DNA of 64,000 nucleotides from a virus, in the IMG/VR virus record IMGVR_UViG_3300020438_003204, positions 3,759-67,758 of that record; one strand, 5' to 3'. The translations under genes and the position numbers were made by a program. Below the pieces are notes generated by a model that saw only the letters and a program-made list of their open reading frames with translations, did no database searches and had not been told where the DNA came from. The first letter of the stretch is position 1. Each line of letters starts with the position of its first letter. Positions 49,101-58,395 of this stretch are shown piece after piece.

Positions 49101-52100
49101 ATAGTATTTCTGTACTATTACCAGTTGCCCAATTACCAAAGTTACTGCCTGCGTTCTTCCAAGACTGTGTAAAACCTAAACTAGTTAAGTAATGTCCGTA
49201 TCCTTGAATAAAGTCATAAACTTCTTGTATTGTCTTTAGTTCTGTGTTATAGTCTAGTTGACTAATAGCAGTTTCAAAGTCTGTGTATCTTCTGACATCT
49301 ACTTGTAATGTTCCACTAAATGTTACTTTAGCACTCGAACTATTTGTTGCCGGTGCATTATAGTTAAAATAACCTAAGCTATTGTCATACCCATTAACAG
49401 TATAACCATTGGCTGTTTTAGTTACAATAATGCCACCAAAGAAATATTCAATGTCGGGTTTATTAACATATAAGTGTGTACTAAAGTTTTCTTCTGGCAC
49501 AAACACTCTACCTTTATCTTGACTACTTTCTAGAATAAAATTTTGATTATTGTTTACAAATCCGCCTGCTTTAATAATAGGATTGAATGTCATATTTTTA
49601 AATCTTTGTAGTATTACGTCGGATGTTGTTCCACTTAATAGAGCATATGATGTAATACTATTACTAAATCCACTAAAGTAACGTCTAGTATCTTTTTCAA
49701 TGACAGCCTCTAGTACACCATTGCCACCACTCAAAACTAGCCTAGGTGTATTAAAGTATTCCTGTCCTTGCTTTGTAATTCTAGCAGCAACTAATTTACC
49801 ACCTTTAATACTAATTGAAATTTCTGCTCCTGATCCAAAGTTGTCATAAACTGTTACAGTTGGAGCACTAGTATAACCACTGCCTGCATCTTTTATTCTA
49901 ACACTTTCGATAATAGCACCAATAATTTTAGCATCACTGAGATCTATATTGCTCCAGCTTGTTAGCTTTCTTTGATCCGAGTCACGTACTTGTGGATTAT
50001 TATATCCTAAAGTGCTTATGATAGTTCTTTTATCAGTTTTAAAATATAAGTTAGTACCAATTAACGGTCTTGTTCGTAGCAATGCTAAAGCTGATGCAAA
50101 TTTAAATTCACTACTTCTACGCCATTGCTCTTCTACCGGACCCCAATCTCCGTATACAAAATCTTTTTGTCTATCTGCAAGTACAGGAGTTGTTACTACA
50201 CCTGCTGTCACTGGATCATTTAATACTCCTAGTAGTGTTACTAATGTATTTGTTGACCAATCATATGAAGGGTAACTATAGTCTAAATCATATACTTGTA
50301 AATTACTTGCTAGTCCAGGATCACTGATATTACCATATTTTAATGCTGTAATCAATGCTGTACGTTTACTCGCATCTGTCCAACTATAGTTTGCGTCCCA
50401 CCATGTAGGTTTTTCATTATATCCCATCATCTCCCAAGGATCAGTATGAGGTTTGTCAGTATTAAAGAAGTATCGGTATAGCCCTCTCCATCCTCCAATA
50501 TTCGGAGTAACACTACTGTAGTTCCAAGTGAACTTGTCAGACCCGCTATAGTAAGTAGATGAATTAAAATTAGTTACATTGTTTTCTGTTTTCCATTTAT
50601 TGTATTCGCTTCTAATAGTATCTTGAAAGTTTTTCCAAGTATAAGGAGTATTTCTGCTTGCATTGGGCCAATACTGTTTTGAATTGACAACTAATGGTAA
50701 CTCGACACCTAAGTTATTAGATATCCGCAATTCTAAATCCCAAAGACCTGCGTCTACTGGATCAAAGCCTACTACTTGTCTATCAAATAATTCTGTTCCA
50801 TTGCGTACATGAACATTACCATCATGTCCAATAATTACACTATCAGTTGCTGTACCTGTACTATCTTTACTATAGTTACTTCTTAGTTCAGGTGTAACAG
50901 GTCTTGTTAATCCTAGCTTTACACTACTTGGTGGTACAAAACTTACACTATCTCTTTTGTACCATCTAAAATGTAGGTTATTTTGACCACTACCCGGAAA
51001 TGTAATTCCACTAAGTGTAATAATAATCTGAAAATTATTGAATGTATATTCTTCTGGATACTTCAATGCTCTCCATGTGTGAGCACCTGCTGCATCTGGA
51101 ATTTGTACCCATGCTTGTGTGTGATTAAAGGTATCATCATACTCATTAACAGTAAATGGTAAGTCAAATGTAGGCGTTTGATTCAATACCCAACTAAAAT
51201 TAGCTTCTTCATAATCTCTGTACATTGCCATTTGACTTCTAGCAAATGCACTTGTTTTGTTTCTGCCAATGTTTATTGCTTCTAATGTTTTGTCAACTAG
51301 TTTATAAACAGGCTCTGTAATATCAACGCTTTCATTTAACTGTGTAATTTTTGTTTTGAAAGATCGAATAAAGTTTTTATAACTGTTACTACTATACTGT
51401 AAACTACTAATTGGATCGGTGTCATTCTCAGTAAACAACTGATTAATAAGTTCAGTTGAATAAGGTTGTTGCCTAATTATGCCGCCAAATGTATGGTCGT
51501 GTGGAATATTTCTATAGTTATTAAATCCGGCCCATTCACCTGTAAAAGTTGGAATCTGTGTCATCTGAGATTTTAAATGTAATAGTAGATCTCCATAGCT
51601 AACTTTTCCAAATGTTGAATTTTGTGGATTAAATTTATGTGTATCTACTACTTCAAAATTACCTTCAGCAGTATCACTATATTTTGCAGTAGTAAACACT
51701 GAAACTTGATATTGATCTTCTTTTCTAAGACCACTACTAATTTCTAGTATATTCCCCGTCAACGTGTAGTTTGTAAAACTAGCACCGTTTTTAGTAACTT
51801 TAATATTTGTCTCTTGTGTACTTGTATGTAGATATACAACACCAAAGTTATCTGGACTTGCTGCTAATCTATATTTAAAACTGTTAATAGTTGGGCTTGC
51901 TATTACAAGATTAAAGTCATCTCCCGACCCTGGTGTTCTTGTGATTCCGCTACTTAATGTTGTCCCATCCATATCAACAAATTCTAGTTCGGCTTGTGGA
52001 AACTGTGTACGAATAAAGTAAGTTGTGCTTGTGTTCAAATACAAGTTTGGAAGTTTACCATCTAATCTGTTGACTCTACTAGTATCAATAATATCATTGC

Positions 52101-54423
52101 TCTGCACTGCTAGCAAGTCGTTTTCTTTAAATATTCTATAATATCTATCTTTATCAAAGTTATTGTGTCCAACATCAAACTTTAAAGGAACAGTTGAATT
52201 TGTAACTGTCTTATCGATTACTCTTCTTACAGGCTGTCCGTCTCTAATAGTGGACCACCCATTATAATATCTGTTGTTGTTTAAATTTTTATAGTAGTAG
52301 TGTCCAGTTATTTCTCTTGTTAAATTCTTTTGGAAGTCTGGACTTTGCTCAGTATAATTAAATCTAGTATGTAGTAGTTCTACTTGAAAATTTAAACCTG
52401 GATTATTTCCGTAGTCTACATATTCTGGTTTAAATCCAAGTGCATCATCATATATATTAGTTGTACTGTGTGTGAAATTAAATATACATCCACCAGTATA
52501 ATCACTAAGTGGATAAGTTGTTGTATTATCCAATTTGATCAAATTAACATCGTAAAGTTCGTTTCGTATTCCAGCACTTCTATGTTCTTTTTGCTGTCCA
52601 TATATCCATGCTGTTCCGTTCCAATATATCTCTGCACCGCTAAAAGGATCATCTTTTTCGCCTCTATCAGTATTAACAATATTTGAAATATCTAGTGTGT
52701 TAAACCCGTTTAGGATAACAATCTTGTCTCCTGAAACTAATTGTGTAGCACTGTTAGAACCGTCACTGTTATAAACCTCTGTAAGTGTAATACTAGATTG
52801 TACTCCTCCTACTCTAAAAATTTTATTTTTGTATGCAACATTTGCACTCTCAAAAAATATAATTAGATCATCATTTTCTAACTCAACAGGAACAATTTGT
52901 TGCCAAACGTCTTGGTTTGTTGAATCTTGTGGATTTGTTGGTGTTGCATGATTCTGTATACATTCCCAATATGTAATAACTTGATTTGGTGCTATACCAT
53001 TTGTAACTTTTACTTTGTCTTTTTTAGTTGCACCTGATACCCTACTCCACTCAGTTGTTATTCCACTAACTGTTACACTATAATTTGCTTTACCAACAAT
53101 AGTTAGTGCTGGATCTTCTATGCTTTCTAATGCATGGTCAATATTTGTTAGGTGTCTAATACCAGTGTTATATTTTTCAATATTTTCTTTAAATTCAATG
53201 ATAGGTCTTACACCTCTACACTTGTCTAACAAGTATGTAGAACTATCTAATCCACTAAATGTAAGCATAGCTTGAGCCGCATCTTCGTGTATCCACAAGT
53301 TGCTTCTTGCCCATGCACTTTGATCTGTGCTACATCTTTGCTCTACTAGGTAATCTCTTGTTGTTAATCTATGTTCTCTAAGGTCATAAGGTCTGAAATC
53401 AAAACTGCTATCGTCTGCATCAAATCCGCTAGGCTCTTGGTTATTATAAACTGTAACATTTACCCATTGTCTTTTTCCATATTGTCCTGCGGCAATTCCA
53501 GCATCAAATTGTTTTGTAAATTTAATACCGCCGGGTTGACCTACATTATCTACAATGTAGATTTCATCAATATTATTTGTTCCACTATTACTTGTTGCAT
53601 AGTATGTGTGTATCTCTACTTCTTGTTGTAGTGCTGGTGCTGTGTTTAATGTTACAACACCAGTTGTATTGTTGTATGAATAAGTTGACGGTGCTAGTAG
53701 TACATTATCTAAAAATACTTTTACTCTTACTGCACCATTTGCCATGCCGGCTGTAAAAGTAGCATTGCCTACTACTGTCTGAATTCTTCTTGTAATATCT
53801 GTTGGAGAGAATACTATACGCATTCCGTCTTGTAATGTCAAGTCTTTTCCGTCAAAAAGATTTGTGTATGTGTATGTTGTTTCACCTATTGCATCATCAA
53901 TATCAATGTTAAAATTTGGTTTACCTTTAATCTCACAGGGAGGAATTACATCTACTAACCAAAAATACTTTTGGTGATTTACAAACATGTCATAGTTAAT
54001 TGGTAAGTCTAATGTATATCCTAGTTCACTTAAAACTCTATTATGATTGTTAGTTTCTACTTCATTATACTTCAATGATTTAAGTAAATCGTCATATGCT
54101 AATGTTCCACTAACAGTTTTATCTTCGTTTCTATTAACAAATCCTTGAGCAAACTGATATGGATCATTGCTTCTGTTATCTATTAGATAATCGTCAGTTA
54201 TATCTCTATTGGCAGTTTTCTTGCCAACAATATTCCTAATAGGCTGTAAACTACCACTTGACATTAGTTGTTCAAATGTGCTATCAAAAAACTGTTTGTT
54301 TACTGTAGTCTGTAAAATACTTGGGAGTAACTTAGTAACTTCTCTAGAACCTGTATGCTCTAAAGATTCGCCGGGCCTAGTGGATAAAGGTTTTACAATT
54401 GGTTTTGCTTGACGTTCGCTCAT
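43126..54423 (-). CDS. Giant baseplate wedge/structural protein (gp7-like position), 3765 aa
   Basis: Directly follows gp6; PI..D.FVN...YFW, RPIIEF, VKPFHTK, IGTERIEY, RGT.GT....H..GA.V motifs as I recall from jumbo-phage wedge proteins. Confidence 0.75.
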   Translation of the reverse strand: MSERQAKPIVKPLSTRPGESLEHTGSREVTKLLPSILQTTVNKQFFDSTFEQLMSSGSLQPIRNIVGKKTANRDITDDYLIDNRSNDPYQFAQGFVNRNEDKTVSGTLAYDDLLKSLKYNEVETNNHNRVLSELGYTLDLPINYDMFVNHQKYFWLVDVIPPCEIKGKPNFNIDIDDAIGETTYTYTNLFDGKDLTLQDGMRIVFSPTDITRRIQTVVGNATFTAGMANGAVRVKVFLDNVLLAPSTYSYNNTTGVVTLNTAPALQQEVEIHTYYATSNSGTNNIDEIYIVDNVGQPGGIKFTKQFDAGIAAGQYGKRQWVNVTVYNNQEPSGFDADDSSFDFRPYDLREHRLTTRDYLVEQRCSTDQSAWARSNLWIHEDAAQAMLTFSGLDSSTYLLDKCRGVRPIIEFKENIEKYNTGIRHLTNIDHALESIEDPALTIVGKANYSVTVSGITTEWSRVSGATKKDKVKVTNGIAPNQVITYWECIQNHATPTNPQDSTNQDVWQQIVPVELENDDLIIFFESANVAYKNKIFRVGGVQSSITLTEVYNSDGSNSATQLVSGDKIVILNGFNTLDISNIVNTDRGEKDDPFSGAEIYWNGTAWIYGQQKEHRSAGIRNELYDVNLIKLDNTTTYPLSDYTGGCIFNFTHSTTNIYDDALGFKPEYVDYGNNPGLNFQVELLHTRFNYTEQSPDFQKNLTREITGHYYYKNLNNNRYYNGWSTIRDGQPVRRVIDKTVTNSTVPLKFDVGHNNFDKDRYYRIFKENDLLAVQSNDIIDTSRVNRLDGKLPNLYLNTSTTYFIRTQFPQAELEFVDMDGTTLSSGITRTPGSGDDFNLVIASPTINSFKYRLAASPDNFGVVYLHTSTQETNIKVTKNGASFTNYTLTGNILEISSGLRKEDQYQVSVFTTAKYSDTAEGNFEVVDTHKFNPQNSTFGKVSYGDLLLHLKSQMTQIPTFTGEWAGFNNYRNIPHDHTFGGIIRQQPYSTELINQLFTENDTDPISSLQYSSNSYKNFIRSFKTKITQLNESVDITEPVYKLVDKTLEAINIGRNKTSAFARSQMAMYRDYEEANFSWVLNQTPTFDLPFTVNEYDDTFNHTQAWVQIPDAAGAHTWRALKYPEEYTFNNFQIIITLSGITFPGSGQNNLHFRWYKRDSVSFVPPSSVKLGLTRPVTPELRSNYSKDSTGTATDSVIIGHDGNVHVRNGTELFDRQVVGFDPVDAGLWDLELRISNNLGVELPLVVNSKQYWPNASRNTPYTWKNFQDTIRSEYNKWKTENNVTNFNSSTYYSGSDKFTWNYSSVTPNIGGWRGLYRYFFNTDKPHTDPWEMMGYNEKPTWWDANYSWTDASKRTALITALKYGNISDPGLASNLQVYDLDYSYPSYDWSTNTLVTLLGVLNDPVTAGVVTTPVLADRQKDFVYGDWGPVEEQWRRSSEFKFASALALLRTRPLIGTNLYFKTDKRTIISTLGYNNPQVRDSDQRKLTSWSNIDLSDAKIIGAIIESVRIKDAGSGYTSAPTVTVYDNFGSGAEISISIKGGKLVAARITKQGQEYFNTPRLVLSGGNGVLEAVIEKDTRRYFSGFSNSITSYALLSGTTSDVILQRFKNMTFNPIIKAGGFVNNNQNFILESSQDKGRVFVPEENFSTHLYVNKPDIEYFFGGIIVTKTANGYTVNGYDNSLGYFNYNAPATNSSSAKVTFSGTLQVDVRRYTDFETAISQLDYNTELKTIQEVYDFIQGYGHYLTSLGFTQSWKNAGSNFGNWATGNSTEILYLIPDPNKVTVQDDRLGYFDNLNTRYDGVYNIVSNLGKQISASDIAINRSSMSLDEETVFQTKETTTNMFGLRLYKVQMEHVFIFDNVTNFDDVIASSEIGQIHERIIWRGNRTKNWNGKLFTPGHIVNGDSILPNFDSVAGQLDQYYAKTNTLSNKQISDVARFNSGYNKPNWANTLDLDDDSVYEFVKGTYKYKGTRYALDAFMRNRGLFNGDATADLNEMWAVRMADFGDTAKRKLTEFQITPRLLVTDPQPIRFTSGQKYDVLSDIVIDIDDTSPLNVYNPDSEQFTTREIKTYDDQNQNSMFANDFINAGAPLLTETDYRALNKEDFLLFPSETRIAYDFDGDWQDYDKWDSKTSYKLGDKVIHTGRVWEMLDPDGASGLTTANNPIELVGTVTLPIIPSVGQTLVIDGTTISLTKSATSTTLNVITVDGSQDVRTNNEVAHDSTLVLGQTSASSSTITFSNSVITTTFNDIVKTGTTVNPMIQGSATATLIIDGTTVNFNELITTNTNITAQQAYENTFNSSSWIQNQSTIATTATTRIARIESLRSAYIAANSAAAWATWLGTYYTNNAGLNISHVITLVQLGGTTATAAQQFLDQDVILINNMLGTSFIGTNVANGSEIISPSQIATCQGRMNNGVFTDDIAIYLQANAPAVFAVTTVVATQSGSGFKQYSVIDIVNRINASGISNITAGNNPSSQLTITKTTSTPSVAFDLTISVGTMNGTVGFNSAQETIQSQGSNVQSTPNLTQQQVVDQINNASITGVTASVLGNLIRLQSSLSQFFIGSGTANATIGLSSGITPASTTTSTTSASLSLPDILESINLATITGVTAISANNKVKLVSTNSTLVVGAGTANSTLGLTAQTYSATTGNVSNVFNAIVGSDGNQVFQQMTNDPNIFSIWVADDSEFGNYNLGHEIYQTMDFGMYTHDACGGIEDADEAQIDVTRQNGETQAHNLVVGDYILIRGSDSVPSIDGIHRVTRVDPNNIRRFYIDQYIEKTGHTGNIYPLRKMRFSTYAALEADRQTKVNGIYKYNFSGVRQNNSLHPIYAFVDNDGSASNPSSQVYKWVGTWNDTNGNVGEWQIVRSGNKQARNDLVNNVKLYDAVKQTTITSLETYDPVKGIIFGFIKNEIDYILTNDVANYNYNSLDGSVENINAWQSSYVGKRWWDLSTAVYLDYEQGSIDYMQNNWGKLFDGATIDIYEWTRSPVLPEKWIELVDQEIVIDGKVASGEAFTTVINSEIVYNWTEESYYNNRTKRNESVYYFWVKNKTNFSGVRQYNVLQLSQLLTDPSGYNLSWCATAGTDTLLLSGISNSVTENTVVQLDVDRRFNALPMQDWLMLAEDDPQSIIPEYLHIKIRDSLSGFNRFSVTKTYSLWSPSTSYAADAVVRDNDGNFYISRVASNQNNKPSIDNDMSHWQRVYDFSFENNTQINDITILRSQPIPNLKLHKFNRYGHQVRPRQSLYRELEEARQNFVYTVNSLLSEVNVIDEINNWENAFTTKFTEGVITYDINDYIALVDWKLIERDADDNITYQFPTNTVPDLVYNTKQDYVDAGEPIDGSYILIKNTSGDDIIRSEMYHFINGADKLVFKEKATIELSEEVWFQRKFGHGFDVANFDVVPFDSGSENVISKLFDLLRTEIFINHHKVKYNKLWFKMLFTALLQNTADDFAFKTTYTHLNVKRPLLLNKKFYQPTSIEPVEDFFNSVKPFHTKLLSSMDSNTHGESTNIEVDEVSRNTCITIKHGDHTLRTWAGDTVLSGGGFSSNVPTDEDYSMFNFQPADFEFDYDGNIFDQPDKEGWGEELMPVDYTENISILVQTNASGSTETADTRTFRINMYEPQGLQESVAIVDTYKTTTTANITATDTTIPLVDAGLMDRVDRGDGDIGLVPGVVWIGTERIEYNAVSGENLVFCTRGTRGTSSQAHTSGATVTNAGPSQRIPTVQKFSHYEDGLRLAYNDSGISLSAAGISPEHAFIRNAGQGSI
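46490..47060 (-). repeat. Three ~70-aa protein repeats (IN.A.I.GVTA...L...G.G..N..G) in a Ser/Thr-rich region
   Basis: IVNRINASGISNITA, VVDQINNASITGVTA and ILESINLATITGVTA spaced about 200-220 nt apart. Confidence 0.75.
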
Positions 54424-57400
54424 TAATAGCCTCCTCCACTGCCACCGCTTCCACCGCCTCCGGTGCCGCCACTTACACTTACATTAGTACCAGTGTTTTG
54501 TGAAATTGTAGTACTATTTCCAGCTAGTGTTTTCGTAACAACAATATTTGAACTTGCTAATATAGGTAAAAATAATTCATCGCTATCACTAGTTATCTCA
54601 AATAATGCAGTGTTATTTTCTATACTACTAACTGGGTTAATTGTTATTTGACTTATTTCACCTATCATATTATTATGTATGAAAGCTGCCATTTCAGTAA
54701 AGTAAAACTCTTCGCCAAAGTCCCAGTTATCAATATTAAAATAAGAGTAGATTAGATTAATAACTCTCTGTTGTATTTCTGTATCACTAAGTGTACTGTT
54801 TACAGTTTTTGTTACATTAAATCTCGCTTGAAGTTCTCCACTTGCTAAATCTCCAAATAGTATTTTATACTTAACAGGTCGATATATAACTTGATCACTA
54901 ATACTTTTCTTTTCGTTTAAGCTATCAAACAACTCTCCTAGTTCACTTACAGTTGGTGGAGTAGGTTTAGTTTCAATTCTACCATCGTATTGTGCCCATG
55001 TTCTAAACTGTGTATTGTAGCTGTTTAACAATACATAAGTGTCAATGATATTTGTGGTACTTGGATCAATCACTTGATTAATGTCAGCAATTCTGTTATA
55101 CTGAACATGTAAATCACAAGCTCCATTTACCTGTGTAGTTCCATTTGTATTATCAACTATACTGTAATCGTATCCATCAACTGTGGTTGTGCCTAAATTT
55201 ATAGTTTGATTTGCTATTATCTGGTTAAATGCTTCAGGGTTATTAGGATATCCGTCATTGTCAGGGTCAGCTAAACTAACTCTCAAATTATGAGGATCTG
55301 TGTATCCGTCTGCATATGTAAATGTTCCAAATGCGTTAAACTTATAATCTATACCCATTGGGTCTGGATTTGTTTTGCTCTTAGGATTAATTTTCAATAT
55401 CTTAATATTATCTCTCAGAGGTTTATGTGTTTCGCTACTGAACGAGCTATTAAAGTTTAAGTTTGTAAATTTAAGTTTTTTAGGACTTCCTAATACAAAC
55501 TGTGTTTTTCTTGCTAACATTTCCCATTCGGTCGCACTATAGTTAAAACGTAATACCCAACTGTTATCTATTCCAGTACTTGATCCGTCTCCTTCAAACT
55601 GTCTATTCCAGTTAGTAGGATCATTTAGTGTTGCAGTATTTGCAGGCAAGTTTGAACTGTCAATAATTATCCACTGCTGACTTTCTGCACTATATCTTAA
55701 TGCAAAACTATTTCTACTGTCAATTTTATCAATAACATTTTGTCTAGTTGTAGCTGTCAAATCTATTGCAATCTTAGGAACAATACGCTTAACTCTTGCA
55801 CCAGTTGGTATAATACCGTTAATTACTACTGAGCCTTTTCCAGTATTATCAATCCCTGATGGTGTACCAGTACTATCATCTTCGCCGAGTCCATCTTTAT
55901 AAATTCTATCAATTTTAACCCATTGTATATCTGCGTTAACAATCGTTGCTACTGCACTTGCTCCAGTACCACCACCGCTAGAAAATGATATATTTGTACT
56001 CTGATCATATCCGCTTCCGGTATCGGTAATTGCAACACTAGTAACTGTACCGTTTGCTACTGTACATGTTGCTGTTGCTCCGGATCCTTTTCCTATAACT
56101 GTTACTGTAGGTGTACTAGTATATCCGCTACCTCCATTGGTAACAGTAGCTACACTAATATAACCTTCTTTATAAGGACTACTAATAAATTCCACTAGTC
56201 CATTGAGATCTGCTTTTTTCAAACTGTTTGTAGCTGTTAATCCTACTCGTTGTACATTTGAATTTAATGTAAAGTAACCACTACATCCGTTTGCGCCTTT
56301 TGTTACTTGTGTCCAACGAAATGTATTAGCATCAGATGTACCCAAGTATGTTATTCCACTTGTACTATCTGAAAAATCTGTTTGTGCATCATGTGTTGTA
56401 GTACTATAACCTTGTCTGTTATAGTAGAAATTACTTACTTCAGGATTAGCAAGGAGATGTTTGATATGTTTGTTGAATATACTTGCGCCTGACAAGTTAG
56501 TAGGTAAATTAATTACACTTCTAGTTGTTATATTATTTTCGTACAAGTAAGCGTCATCTGTATATTGTATTGCATCTGCATAAGTTGCTGTTGGATCATA
56601 TATGTCACGGAATCTACTGTGTCCACTATGTACTCTATTAATACTTTTAATTTTACGAATGTTTTCACTTACTGTTACAGGAAAAATGCTGTAATCTTCT
56701 GCTGTTACCATTCTATCCTGTGTTGCAAAGAATCGAGGAGCGTTAGCTTTAATACTTGCTACACTTTCTCTTGTACTTGCATTTGTAACATTTGTTTTTA
56801 AACTTGCATTAAACATTGCACTGTATGTGTTTCCGTTTGATCCAATATATCTAAGTGTAAAACTAGTAGTGTTAAAACTGTCTGGAGTTAAGCTGTATGT
56901 TTGATTAAGTCCAGTTCTATACCATACTCTAATAATCCCACGTGGAGTATTTCCAAAATTGCCGTCAGCAAACACAACACTAATTTGATCATCTTGTCTA
57001 CTTGCAACACTAAAAATATCTCTAATAGCATTGTTCTTTGCATTAAACAATGTTCCGTTTCCAAATAGTCTGTCTACTTGTGTCCAATTCTTTTGAATTT
57101 GACCTACTTCGTCTATTGTTTGTACCCAAACATTTCCATTTGCTACGTTATCAGCATTAATATCTAATACCAAATTTGGTAGACCTTCTGTAATTTGAAA
57201 GTCTTTGTGTTCTAGTTGTCCTTGTTTAAATCCTACAAAGAAACCTGTGTTAGGACTGCTATTACCACTACTATCGTTTTTGTACAAAAAGTCAACTACT
57301 GCATAAGGGTTAGGTGTTTTTTCGTTTACTGTCTGTGTGGTGTTGTTATACTCTGGACTATAAAAACTAAAATTAGCTTGTGCTCCATTAACTTTGTTTG

Positions 57401-58001
57401 AAAAGTTTCTTTCAGCTGTATTAGATGTGCTATTTGTTCTATAAATTTCGTTGGTAACTCCAGTAGTACTAAAACTACTATAAGGTGAACCAAATTGACT
57501 ACTTGCTTGAAATATTGCGTTCATAATGGATAGAAAGTTTTGATAGCTGTTGGTATCAGTTAAGTCTTCAAACTGTACAGTACTATTAGCTAGACTATTG
57601 CCATTTGTGTCAAACACAGCTTCGTCAGTTTTTACACTGTCAATTTTTAAATATCCGTTTGCAACAACATTTCTAGTTGGCTTGTATCCTAAAAATTCAG
57701 CAATACGCAAGGCGCTATCTCTACGTTCTGCTGTGCTAAGATAATTTTCTCTGCTAGCTAAGTCTGCTCTAAATGCTAAGTTATGTCCCAAAAATGCTAA
57801 AAGTTCTAGTAGTGCTATAAATTCACTGCTATTAATGTAGTCATTAAAGTTTTCTGGATAGTTTGTGCTTATATAATCAACCATAGCGTTTCTTATGGTT
57901 TCAAAATCATATGCTTGAAAGTTTGCTTCGCTGAAACTTTCGTATGCTACGCTAAAGTCCTCTGCGGCAAATAAACTACTCTGTCTTGCGCCTTGTGCCA
58001 T
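54423..58001 (-). CDS. Baseplate wedge subunit (T4 gp6-like)
   Basis: YDFETIR..M..Y....YPE.FND...SSE..AL, ENYL.TA.RR.S....A..LGY.P, FADG.FG..P, ES..SIK.NAP.....Q.RMVT.EDY. Confidence 0.88.
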   Translation of the reverse strand: MAQGARQSSLFAAEDFSVAYESFSEANFQAYDFETIRNAMVDYISTNYPENFNDYINSSEFIALLELLAFLGHNLAFRADLASRENYLSTAERRDSALRIAEFLGYKPTRNVVANGYLKIDSVKTDEAVFDTNGNSLANSTVQFEDLTDTNSYQNFLSIMNAIFQASSQFGSPYSSFSTTGVTNEIYRTNSTSNTAERNFSNKVNGAQANFSFYSPEYNNTTQTVNEKTPNPYAVVDFLYKNDSSGNSSPNTGFFVGFKQGQLEHKDFQITEGLPNLVLDINADNVANGNVWVQTIDEVGQIQKNWTQVDRLFGNGTLFNAKNNAIRDIFSVASRQDDQISVVFADGNFGNTPRGIIRVWYRTGLNQTYSLTPDSFNTTSFTLRYIGSNGNTYSAMFNASLKTNVTNASTRESVASIKANAPRFFATQDRMVTAEDYSIFPVTVSENIRKIKSINRVHSGHSRFRDIYDPTATYADAIQYTDDAYLYENNITTRSVINLPTNLSGASIFNKHIKHLLANPEVSNFYYNRQGYSTTTHDAQTDFSDSTSGITYLGTSDANTFRWTQVTKGANGCSGYFTLNSNVQRVGLTATNSLKKADLNGLVEFISSPYKEGYISVATVTNGGSGYTSTPTVTVIGKGSGATATCTVANGTVTSVAITDTGSGYDQSTNISFSSGGGTGASAVATIVNADIQWVKIDRIYKDGLGEDDSTGTPSGIDNTGKGSVVINGIIPTGARVKRIVPKIAIDLTATTRQNVIDKIDSRNSFALRYSAESQQWIIIDSSNLPANTATLNDPTNWNRQFEGDGSSTGIDNSWVLRFNYSATEWEMLARKTQFVLGSPKKLKFTNLNFNSSFSSETHKPLRDNIKILKINPKSKTNPDPMGIDYKFNAFGTFTYADGYTDPHNLRVSLADPDNDGYPNNPEAFNQIIANQTINLGTTTVDGYDYSIVDNTNGTTQVNGACDLHVQYNRIADINQVIDPSTTNIIDTYVLLNSYNTQFRTWAQYDGRIETKPTPPTVSELGELFDSLNEKKSISDQVIYRPVKYKILFGDLASGELQARFNVTKTVNSTLSDTEIQQRVINLIYSYFNIDNWDFGEEFYFTEMAAFIHNNMIGEISQITINPVSSIENNTALFEITSDSDELFLPILASSNIVVTKTLAGNSTTISQNTGTNVSVSGGTGGGGSGGSGGGY

Positions 58002-58363
58002 TATTCTTCACCTATAAAATTTAGAAACAATTCTTCTGCTGTTCCTGTATCGATATACTCAAGCCTTACCTTAATGTTCAATGAATGCTCATCAGGTTTT
58101 GTTAGTAGTGTTTCCAATGGTTTCCATCGTGGATCATTGTTTACTATTGTTTCGACGTCGTCGATTGCTAATTGCTCTGTCTGTGCATCAAGAGGTTCAA
58201 ATACTAGATCCGGAAGTATACTTCCAAATGTAGGATTTTGTACACGTTCTCCTCTGCGAGTGTAAAAATGATTTAATAAATCTCTTCGAGCAATATCAAC
58301 ATCAGTTAGTGTTTTACTACCGTATGTTGTGCCTACTGTGCTATATCCTATATACGTTACCAT
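58001..58363 (-). CDS. Baseplate wedge subunit (T4 gp25/GPW-like)
   Basis: DLLNHF.TR.GERV.NP.FGS.L.DL.FEP, I...DPR. Confidence 0.9.
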   Translation of the reverse strand: MVTYIGYSTVGTTYGSKTLTDVDIARRDLLNHFYTRRGERVQNPTFGSILPDLVFEPLDAQTEQLAIDDVETIVNNDPRWKPLETLLTKPDEHSLNIKVRLEYIDTGTAEELFLNFIGEE

Positions 58364-58368
58364 ACAAG

Positions 58369-58376
58369 TATTTATG
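58369..58376 (-). promoter_or_regulatory. Putative late promoter CATAAATA, 5 nt before the gp25 ATG
   Basis: Minus strand reads CATAAATA-CTTGT-ATG in the intergenic gap; no SD sequence. Confidence 0.65.
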
Positions 58377-58395
58377 GTAGAATTAACTGCTGAGT

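Noticed and set aside
49850-56150. GSGYT.xPTV repeats in gp6 and the giant wedge protein
   Set aside because: A common small beta-domain motif in myovirus structural proteins; not considered novel.
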